A stretch of 11,978 nt of DNA from an archaeon (lineage in GTDB: Archaea > Iainarchaeota > Iainarchaeia > Iainarchaeales > CSSED10-239): the NCBI GenBank assembly GCA_041677685.1, contig JBAYPN010000022.1, positions 1 through 11,978 on the forward strand. The letters are read 5' to 3'. The translations under genes were made by a program, and so were the position numbers. This document shows, piece by piece, positions 6,245 to 11,978 of the stretch; within the stretch, counting starts at the first letter, position 1; every line of letters begins with the position of its first letter. The notes below the pieces were generated by a model. That model ran no database searches. It was not told the origin of the DNA and saw only the letters and a program-made list of their open reading frames with translations.

Positions 6245-6268
6245 GTGTAGCTTGTGTAGAGAGTGTAT
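6245..6268. repeat. Three direct GTGTA(G/T) hexamers at 9-nt spacing
   Basis: GTGTAG at 6245..6250, GTGTAG at 6254..6259 and GTGTAT at 6263..6268. They lie between the 390-aa gene stop and a TTTATAAAA box upstream of the 52-aa ORF (minus-strand sense). Confidence 0.5.
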
Positions 6269-6279
6269 ACAAACTCAAG

Positions 6280-7452
6280 TTATCTGCACACTACATTTAT
6301 TATTTTTTGAATATCAGCATATTTTTCATAATCGCAAATTAATTTCCCCTTATTAAATTCAGAAGAATTACTAAACCATAAATTAACCACACCTTTAGAA
6401 TAACACGCACAAATTAAAGTATACAGTTGATTAGATTGATAATATAATTCTGATTTCTTACGATAAAGTCTATCAACATCTTTATCTCCACTGGTAAACT
6501 CTAAAGCAATAGGGGGATGAACTGTTTTTAATTTACACATATCTTCTAATTCTTCATTACTTCTTGATGCTTTATTTATATATATTTTATATTGGTCTAT
6601 ATCTGAAGTAAAATAATCATATAATTTGTGTTTGTCTTTAAGTAAAGCAATTATTTCGATTAATTTCCCCCTTATACTTTTTTTAAGTTCTATTTCTTTA
6701 TTATATTCATATATTTTAGTAGATAATTTTGCTCTTTCTTCTTCTAATTTGAGTAGCTTATTTTGAGAAGGTGTGTTTTTGGAGGTGTCATAATAAAATG
6801 TATTACTACATTCTCCACGCAATTTATTTACTTGCTCATCTATTTTGTTGTATTCTTTAATATCTGGGCATTCTTCTAAGTATATAGATAAAGGAGCATA
6901 ATTTGTGGTATAGAATAAATCTATTTTTGTTATTAGTTTTTCTTTTTTTCCTTCTGTAATTGCAGGAAATATACTTTTGGAATCTTGTTCTTTAATATTA
7001 TCACTTAAAGTATCCAAAACCAATTTTATAAAATCAATAGGATATTTCTGATTTAATAAATCAAATATATCATAAAATTCATTTAAATTTAAAGTTCTAT
7101 GCAAAATTATATTTTGCGCTAAATCAAATCTATTTTTTTTAATTAAATTTTTAGCATAAAGTATTTGATTTTCATCAAATGCTCGTTTATAGTAATAAAT
7201 CATATCATTTCCATTTACCAGAATATCTAAATCAAAAGCTTTCTTGAATTTAGTTGCTTTCAATTTATCAAATATGTCCTTATCTGTTGCCTTAAACCAA
7301 CGTTCAATTATATCTCTCGCACGTTCTTCTGAAATATCATTAGTGCTATTAAACTTTGAGATTATCAAATCAGATAAATCATTTTTCGTACAATAAGTCT
7401 TTTCTTTTATTGTTTTTTCAATAAAAGGGTATATTTCTTCTTTTGCATCCAT
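6280..7452 (-). CDS. Hypothetical 390-aa protein, divergent from the rightward operon
   Basis: ORF track gives 6280..7461 (GTG). The ATG at 7452..7450 has AAGGTGG 5 nt upstream. The N-terminus (TKNDLSDLIISKF...ISEERARDIIERWF) could be helix-turn-helix-like. The central region is coiled-coil-like (KLLKLEEERAKLSTKIYEYNKEIELKK). No catalytic motif recognised. Confidence 0.7.
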   Translation of the reverse strand: MDAKEEIYPFIEKTIKEKTYCTKNDLSDLIISKFNSTNDISEERARDIIERWFKATDKDIFDKLKATKFKKAFDLDILVNGNDMIYYYKRAFDENQILYAKNLIKKNRFDLAQNIILHRTLNLNEFYDIFDLLNQKYPIDFIKLVLDTLSDNIKEQDSKSIFPAITEGKKEKLITKIDLFYTTNYAPLSIYLEECPDIKEYNKIDEQVNKLRGECSNTFYYDTSKNTPSQNKLLKLEEERAKLSTKIYEYNKEIELKKSIRGKLIEIIALLKDKHKLYDYFTSDIDQYKIYINKASRSNEELEDMCKLKTVHPPIALEFTSGDKDVDRLYRKKSELYYQSNQLYTLICACYSKGVVNLWFSNSSEFNKGKLICDYEKYADIQKIINVVCR

Positions 7453-7660
7453 ACATTCCACCTTTATTTGCTTCCAAACTACTATAAAAGTCTGGAGTAT
7501 TTTTATTATTATTAAATAATTACGACCCTAAATGCTTATAAATAGTGCGGTTTATTGGAGCGATAAACCACTCCTATGCTGTTTAAATAAGCAGTTAAAA
7601 ATCGTTTAGTGCAATATTATGTAATAATACCAGAAAACAACAAAAAGGAGAAGAAGAAAT
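7453..7660. promoter_or_regulatory. Divergent control region between the 390-aa gene and the rightward operon
   Basis: 208-bp intergenic region with SD sites at both ends. It contains CTTATAAATAG, the inverted repeat GGTTTAT (7549..7555) / ATAAACC (7563..7569), an overlapping GGAG...CTCC pairing, and a CTGTTT-AAAT-AAGCAG hairpin. Confidence 0.5.
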
Positions 7661-7897
7661 ATGTCAGAAAGAAAAACGATAGAAGGCACAGTGTTATCAA
7701 TATCTAACAAAGTAAATCCAAAGGGGGTATCTTATTCAATATATAAGGTTTCTACTCTCGAAGGGAAAGAGTTGGACTTGTTTCTGTGGAATAATAATCT
7801 CAGATTATTAAATAGACTTTGTAGATTTGAAATAGAATCCAACATTAAAGATGACAAACAATACAATACAATCATAACAATGGAGGCGAAAGAATGA
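7661..7897 (+). CDS. Small OB-fold-like protein, possible ssDNA-binding
   Basis: ATG at 7661 with AGGAG upstream. IEGTVLSISNKVNPKGVSYSIYKVSTLEGKELDLFLWNNN...RFEIESNIKDDKQYNTI follows the I-x-G-x-V...G...-hydrophobic-...G-x-x-hydrophobic-x-x-x-W pattern of RPA/anticodon-binding-type OB folds. The function is inferred. Confidence 0.6.
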   Translation: MSERKTIEGTVLSISNKVNPKGVSYSIYKVSTLEGKELDLFLWNNNLRLLNRLCRFEIESNIKDDKQYNTIITMEAKE

Positions 7898-8169
7898 AGG
7901 TATATGAACTGATGGATACGACACCGTATCCTAAACTTAAACAAGGTAACACTGTTTTTGAATTAAAGACACAAAGTGATTTCGAACAGGCAATTTTGGA
8001 TAATGATGGAGAGATTTTTGTTGAAGATACTAAATGTTATCTTCTAACTAAAAATAATAGGTGTTATGTATTGTTTTACAAAGATAAAACGCCAATAGTA
8101 AGAATGTTGAAAGATAGAATGGATGGAGGAAACAACAATGACAACAATAGAAGAAATATTAGCAAGTAA
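7894..8169 (+). CDS. Hypothetical protein (91 aa)
   Basis: ATG at 7894 overlaps the upstream TGA (ATGA). GGAGG lies 7 nt upstream at 7882..7886. No family recognised. Confidence 0.55.
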   Translation: MKVYELMDTTPYPKLKQGNTVFELKTQSDFEQAILDNDGEIFVEDTKCYLLTKNNRCYVLFYKDKTPIVRMLKDRMDGGNNNDNNRRNISK

Positions 8170-9700
8170 TCCTACTCAATATTCTAATTTATCTATGGGA
8201 ATCAAAGATGGTTTATTCTATTATGGTAAAATGGTTGAACATAAAGGGCAACTATTAGAGATGATTGTCTTGTCTAATAAACAACTATTGACTAACTATA
8301 GTAGTCTAAACACAAAAACAGATAAAAGACCTAATGAAATAAATGATTGGGGAATATTTTATCAAGATTTACCTATAAACATTTCTAACAATGACTGGTC
8401 TAATGATAGTATAACTAAGTTTATTAGCTCTAATAATAGACTAATGAACAAAAAAGAAGTTTACAATAGAATAAAAGAACAGATAACCAAATATATGGAT
8501 TTATATGATGAAAGAATTAGTTCTATGGTTGCTTGTTGGTGTATGGGAACTTATATCTATAATCTGTTTTCAGGATATGGGTATATACTACTTACAAGTC
8601 AAAAGGATTCAGGGAAGAGTAAATTACTAAAAATCATTGGACAACTTTCAAGAAATAGTATCTATCTAAGTTCTCCAAGCGAGTCTGTTTTATTTAGAAT
8701 GATAAATGGAAATAGACCTACTTTACTTCTTGATGATTTTGAGACATTAAAGAATGAAGAAAGGACACACTATATCTTGCAAATACTTAAGATTGGTATA
8801 GATGAAGATGGGGCAATTCCAAGAAATGAAAAGTATAAGGATACCTTTGTTCCAAAAAACTATAATTGTTTTTGCCCTAAAGCATTAACAAATACTTGCT
8901 CTCTTGACCCAATTACCATAAGTCGTTGTATAACTATTAATCTACTTCCAACAAATACAGAAAAAGGTAAACTAAAACCAAATAAAAGAGATTTAATTTG
9001 GCAAGAAATCAGAGATGATTTACATATATTGATTATGGAAAATTATCAAGAAATAATTGATATATACAATAATGAATCTTTTGGAGATTTTAATTCAAGG
9101 CAATTAGATACTACTAAAGGATTATTATCTATTGCAAAGTTTATTGATGATTCAGTTTATCAAGAAGTTTCAGAATTTCTTAAAGAATCTTTTAAGGATA
9201 GAGACCTTCAAGACCTCAGTTCAGATTGGGAATACTTATTATTTAAGCAACTTTATGAAAAAGTGCCAAGCCCAAGATGGTGTTCTATAAAAGAAATAAA
9301 TGAGTGGTTAAAAGAAGTTGCAATTCCTACAGACTACAATAAAGGATTTAATCAATATATTGGTTTTGTTTTGAGTAAATTATCTTCATTATTTCCAAAA
9401 CAAAGACATAATGATGGAATTATGTATTTGATATCTCCAAAAAGTGTCCAAGAATATATGAGTTTAAAGAAGTATCCTTGCACCTTAGAGGGTTCACAGG
9501 ATACACAACCTACACTTGATTTCAAAGATGAACCATTTAGAGAATTAAAAAATGAAATTATGGATACTTGTGTAAATTGTAATCAAAGAACCTACGTTAA
9601 ATATACTTCTAAAGTTGTAAAGGGCAGAAACATTTGTGAAGACTGTGTAAAGAGTGAAGCCAAAAGGAAGGGTAAAGAATTATTAGATAGTATGTATTGA
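8138..9700 (+). CDS. P-loop NTPase of mobile-element replication type (DUF3631-like / SF3-helicase-like core) with C-terminal zinc ribbon
   Basis: ORF track starts at 8123. The ATG at 8138 has GGAGG (8125..8129) 8 nt upstream. Walker A is LLTSQKDSGKSKLL and Walker B is PTLLLDDFETL. They are followed by CPKALTNT (motif-C/sensor-like Asn) and ITISRCITINL (Arg). From memory, this order and spacing resemble DUF3631 proteins of prophages and ICEs. The C-terminus has CVNC-x18-CEDC. Confidence 0.6.
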   Translation: MTTIEEILASNPTQYSNLSMGIKDGLFYYGKMVEHKGQLLEMIVLSNKQLLTNYSSLNTKTDKRPNEINDWGIFYQDLPINISNNDWSNDSITKFISSNNRLMNKKEVYNRIKEQITKYMDLYDERISSMVACWCMGTYIYNLFSGYGYILLTSQKDSGKSKLLKIIGQLSRNSIYLSSPSESVLFRMINGNRPTLLLDDFETLKNEERTHYILQILKIGIDEDGAIPRNEKYKDTFVPKNYNCFCPKALTNTCSLDPITISRCITINLLPTNTEKGKLKPNKRDLIWQEIRDDLHILIMENYQEIIDIYNNESFGDFNSRQLDTTKGLLSIAKFIDDSVYQEVSEFLKESFKDRDLQDLSSDWEYLLFKQLYEKVPSPRWCSIKEINEWLKEVAIPTDYNKGFNQYIGFVLSKLSSLFPKQRHNDGIMYLISPKSVQEYMSLKKYPCTLEGSQDTQPTLDFKDEPFRELKNEIMDTCVNCNQRTYVKYTSKVVKGRNICEDCVKSEAKRKGKELLDSMY

Positions 9701-9729
9701 TTTTTCAAAAACGAACTTAGGAGATTATT

Positions 9730-10164
9730 ATGGCAAATACAACAAAAGGTAAAGAAATATCGAAAATGAATGCTGTAAAGAATGGATTATATCTAAGATT
9801 TGCAGATTTTTTCCCTTGTAATCTATGTATTAATAGAAATAAATGTAAAGATTTTGTTCCTGGAGGTTCTTGTTCAATTGATTCTGAATTATTTAATCAA
9901 TTAGTAACTACTGAAGTAGATGAACTAAAAGTTTTAGACCAATTGATTAATTACAATATAGTTAGACTATCAAGAGCAACAGAACAAGCAAGAGAAAGAC
10001 CAGACCACATTGAATTAAGTAGGATATCTGCAGAAATAAGAAACCTTATTCAAGCAAGATTCATAATAAAACGAAGAATAGAAGGTGAAAAAGAAGATGC
10101 ACGAATTAAAGTATTGCAACCATTGTCCGATTCGAGCCAATTGCATTTATTTCAAGAAAAATAG
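9730..10164 (+). CDS. Cys4-motif protein A (C-x2-C-x5-C-x8-C); function unknown, possibly DNA-binding or small-terminase-like
   Basis: ATG at 9730 with GGAG upstream. Contains CNLCINRNKCKDFVPGGSC. The N-terminal NAVKNGLY resembles the N-A-x-K-H-G-x-Y repeats I recall from some phage small-terminase-like proteins; this is weak. The last ~23 codons overlap the next gene. Confidence 0.55.
   Translation: MANTTKGKEISKMNAVKNGLYLRFADFFPCNLCINRNKCKDFVPGGSCSIDSELFNQLVTTEVDELKVLDQLINYNIVRLSRATEQARERPDHIELSRISAEIRNLIQARFIIKRRIEGEKEDARIKVLQPLSDSSQLHLFQEK
10081..10107 (+). repeat. Gene-junction repeat, copy 1 (GAAGGTGAAAAAGAAGATGCACGAATT)
   Basis: 24/27 identical to 10373..10399. It contains the SD (AGGTGA) and ATG of the downstream gene while encoding EGEKEDARI in the upstream gene. 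Confidence 0.75.
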
Positions 10165-10402
10165 TTTTTGTGAAAAAGAACAATTAATCACAGAATTTGT
10201 ATATGGTATTGATGATGCTTATAGGAAAAAAGGAGGTTTTCTTTTAGATATTGGAAGAACAGAAGAAGAAAACAATAAATCAGAGTTTTATAAAAATATA
10301 AGAAAAGAATTTGTTGAAATCTATAAAGATTTAGCAGATGAAGAAGAAGATAGTGAAGACAATGAAGAGACTGAAGGTGAAACAGAAGATGCAAGACTTT
10401 AA
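10097..10402 (+). CDS. Cys4-motif protein B (paralog of A) with strongly acidic C-terminal tail
   Basis: ORF track starts at GTG 10085. The ATG at 10097 has AGGTGA 9 nt upstream. CNHCPIRANCIYFKKNSFC has the same C-N-x-C-x-x-R-x-x-C-x8-C pattern as protein A. The tail is DLADEEEDSEDNEETEGETEDARL. Confidence 0.55.
   Translation: MHELKYCNHCPIRANCIYFKKNSFCEKEQLITEFVYGIDDAYRKKGGFLLDIGRTEEENNKSEFYKNIRKEFVEIYKDLADEEEDSEDNEETEGETEDARL
10373..10399 (+). repeat. Gene-junction repeat, copy 2 (GAAGGTGAAACAGAAGATGCAAGACTT)
   Basis: It encodes EGETEDARL at the end of Cys4 protein B and carries the SD and ATG (10389) of the four-helix-bundle gene at the same offset as copy 1. Confidence 0.75.
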
Positions 10403-10739
10403 AAAATTAAAAATCTGGCAATTAGGAAGAGAATTTACTAAAGACATCTATGATATCACAGAACACTTCCCAAAACACGAATTTCATTCGATGACCAATC
10501 AATTAAGGAGAGCTTCTTACTCTATTCCAAGCAACATTGCCGAAGGTTGCGGGAAAAATAGTCAAAAAGAATTAGGAAGATATCTATCCATTGTTAATGG
10601 TTCAATAAAAGAATGCGAATGTTTCTTGATTCTTTCAAAAGACTTAGAATATATAACTAACAAAGAATTTAATGAATTAAATCAAAAGTTAGAAATTATT
10701 GCAAAGATGTGTAATAAATTATTAATGAAATTAAATTAA
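10389..10739 (+). CDS. Four-helix-bundle protein (23S rRNA intervening-sequence protein / Avd-like family)
   Basis: ORF track starts at 10338. I prefer the ATG at 10389, which has AGGTGA 9 nt upstream and the same junction sequence as at 10097. FKKLKIWQLGREFTKDIYDITEHFPKHEFHSMTNQLRRASYSIPSNIAEGCGK...LSIVNGSIKECECFLILSKDLEYI carries the family hallmarks (W-Q-x-A..., Q-L-x-R-A-x-x-S-I-x-x-N-I-A-E-G, S-x-x-E). Confidence 0.8.
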   Translation: MQDFKKLKIWQLGREFTKDIYDITEHFPKHEFHSMTNQLRRASYSIPSNIAEGCGKNSQKELGRYLSIVNGSIKECECFLILSKDLEYITNKEFNELNQKLEIIAKMCNKLLMKLN

Positions 10740-11092
10740 CTATTTACATATTGTTTTATACAGGTATATTCCGCTTTTATTTTTCCAAATTCTTCATCTG
10801 CATTTTTCCAATCTGGTGGGCAATATCGATAGGATTCACTTATGGTTCTTAAATGCCTATATGCCTTATAGATTTGGTTAGCATTTTTAGAAATAAATTC
10901 CTCTCTTTCTGAATGTGTTCCTGGTTTTTGTACTTTTGGAAATTTGTTAAGTACAAAGAAATTTACCCAATGAACTGCAGAATAAAAATAAATAATTGAC
11001 GACCAAGCTTTACAATTAGATTCAGAATCTTTTGCGATTGTTTCGTTGTGTTTTGCAAGTTCTGAAAAGTCATACTTATCCAATATAATCAC
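10736..11092 (-). CDS. Hypothetical all-alpha protein; weak HEPN-like features
   Basis: Last gene of a three-gene minus-strand operon. The track start GTG at 11092 overlaps the upstream TAG by 1 nt. An alternative TTG at 11083 has GTGAT 4 nt upstream. YFYSAVHWVNFF, GTHSEREEF and LRTISESYRYCPPD loosely recall the helix/T-H-x-L/...R-Y-P layout of HEPN domains, but there is no canonical R-x4-6-H. Its stop overlaps the stop of the convergent four-helix-bundle gene (TTAA at 10736..10739). Confidence 0.55.
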   Translation of the reverse strand: MIILDKYDFSELAKHNETIAKDSESNCKAWSSIIYFYSAVHWVNFFVLNKFPKVQKPGTHSEREEFISKNANQIYKAYRHLRTISESYRYCPPDWKNADEEFGKIKAEYTCIKQYVNS

Positions 11093-11463
11093 TATTTAAT
11101 TAATGTCTTTGCATTTTCAGGGATTTGTTGCATAAAATAAGAAGTATCTGAAAAAACATTAAATTCAAACATTATTTTTTCATCTTTAAATTTATCTCTT
11201 AATTCTAATTCTAAATCATAAATTTTATCTCTACTATCATAATCATTAGGGTCAATTAATGTCCAAAATTTAATTACTTTTCTATCATTCATAACATACA
11301 ACTTTTTTACAAATGGTAATGAACTAACGGAATGGAAGTAAAATTTAATTGCATATACCTTTGTAATAATAGTAATTGGATTATATAATTGTTTATTTAT
11401 TCCAATATAACACTCATCTATTAATCCCAAAGTATTTGTGTTTGCTTGTTTATTAATATACAT
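11092..11463 (-). CDS. Hypothetical protein (123 aa)
   Basis: ATG at 11463, 7 nt after the upstream stop. No family recognised. VIKFWTLIDPNDYDSRDKIYDLELELRDKF...IMFEFNVF has a strand-loop-helix-strand look, and no more can be said. Confidence 0.5.
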   Translation of the reverse strand: MYINKQANTNTLGLIDECYIGINKQLYNPITIITKVYAIKFYFHSVSSLPFVKKLYVMNDRKVIKFWTLIDPNDYDSRDKIYDLELELRDKFKDEKIMFEFNVFSDTSYFMQQIPENAKTLIK

Positions 11464-11470
11464 ATAATCC

Positions 11471-11836
11471 CTACTTTGTTTGTGTTTTCAAATCTAATGT
11501 TTTTATTTGCTCAGAAATCTTTGCTAAATTTTCGGATGCTAATTTAAGTTTATCTGCATAATCTTTTTTCTCAGATAATGATAAATTTAATAAATTCTTA
11601 TCAATTGTTGCCATCTTTAAATTATAAATTAAATCTTTATATATCTCTGAAAGTTCAGGAGAGTCATTTTTTATTAATGAAATTAATAATTCTTCATCAT
11701 TTAATACTTCGTTCATTTTCTTAAGTTTATCTGCATCATTAGATTCTAAAGTATAGACCTCATTAATGAAACCACTAATTATCTTTAACAATTTAGAATA
11801 GGCTATAATAAAATCAATAAGTATTTCTTTGTCCAT
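11471..11836 (-). CDS. Hypothetical helical / coiled-coil protein (121 aa)
   Basis: ATG at 11836. First gene of the minus-strand trio. Heptad-like, K/E/L-rich. No family recognised. Confidence 0.5.
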   Translation of the reverse strand: MDKEILIDFIIAYSKLLKIISGFINEVYTLESNDADKLKKMNEVLNDEELLISLIKNDSPELSEIYKDLIYNLKMATIDKNLLNLSLSEKKDYADKLKLASENLAKISEQIKTLDLKTQTK

Positions 11837-11978
11837 ATGTAATCTATATAGTTATTAAATAGGTTAATAAATATAACTATTTTTAAAGGCAATTTGTTTC
11901 AACTATATATATATTATATATAGAAAAATATATAAATAGAAAATTAATACACTATAGTTTACTTTCATAACTTTGAGT

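Larger units (their letters stand above)
6103..10739. mobile_element. Minimum extent of a putative integrated plasmid/provirus fragment; right boundary not determined and may extend past 11978
   Basis: GC rises to roughly 30-37% on spot-counted lines, against about 15-28% to the left. Ribosome-binding sites switch to strong GGAGG/AAGGAG/AGGTGA, and the operon is tightly overlapping. Content is typical of mobile-element replication modules: an OB-fold protein, a DUF3631-like ATPase and orphan proteins. The left edge coincides with the end of the P-C repeat. No integrase or structural genes are in the window. Confidence 0.45.

Noticed and set aside
6280-7452. 390-aa orphan as the element's integrase
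   Set aside because: There is no tyrosine-recombinase R...H-x-x-R...Y arrangement, no serine-recombinase N-terminal S-R motif, and no DDE pattern that I could see. It is left as hypothetical.
7732-7944. 70-aa minus-strand ORF
   Set aside because: It is antisense to two SD-preceded, translationally coupled plus-strand genes, so it is a shadow ORF.
10085-10164. Programmed ribosomal frameshift fusing 9730..10164 with 10085..10402
   Set aside because: There is no in-phase X-XXY-YYZ slippery heptamer in the overlap. The downstream ORF has its own SD and ATG and begins with its own copy of the Cys4 motif. The same junction sequence precedes an unrelated gene at 10389. Translational coupling is the simpler reading.
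10188-10394. 68-aa minus-strand ORF
   Set aside because: It is antisense to Cys4 protein B. Its L/H/F-rich translation is the reverse complement of the acidic GAA/GAT-rich tail.

Overview
Very AT-rich prokaryotic window (about 15-28% GC on lines I spot-counted in the left half, about 30-37% in parts of the right half). I saw no rRNA, tRNA or CRISPR array. It splits into two parts.

(1) 1 to ~6100 is a host-like accessory stretch of small one- or two-gene modules, mostly on the minus strand. It holds an ABC-ATPase-like N-terminal fragment, a ZIP metal transporter, TspO, a pyruvoyl-type panD with one in-frame TAA, and a GNAT-like gene. It also holds an LD-carboxypeptidase/MccF-like peptidase, an RHH-RelE/ParE toxin-antitoxin pair, a second GNAT, a VOC/glyoxalase-fold protein and a basic orphan. 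Two unrelated, perfectly conserved 12-mers, P (AAGCTTCTGGCG, x3) and Q (CTAAAGTGAAAA, x3), alternate strictly through this stretch and sit at the module boundaries. This is the structure the gene calls explain least.

(2) ~6100 to at least ~10740, and possibly to the window end, is a block of higher GC with strong GGAGG-type ribosome-binding sites. It looks like part of an integrated plasmid or provirus. It contains a 390-aa orphan transcribed divergently from a tightly overlapping rightward operon. That operon encodes an OB-fold protein, a small orphan, a P-loop ATPase with a C-terminal zinc ribbon, two tandem paralogous Cys4 proteins and an Avd-like four-helix-bundle protein. A convergent three-gene minus-strand operon of unknown function follows.

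No integrase, capsid gene or reverse transcriptase is visible in the window. Domain of life is unresolved: an AT-rich archaeon or a low-GC bacterium both fit. All family assignments come from motif recognition by eye and need HMM or structure searches.
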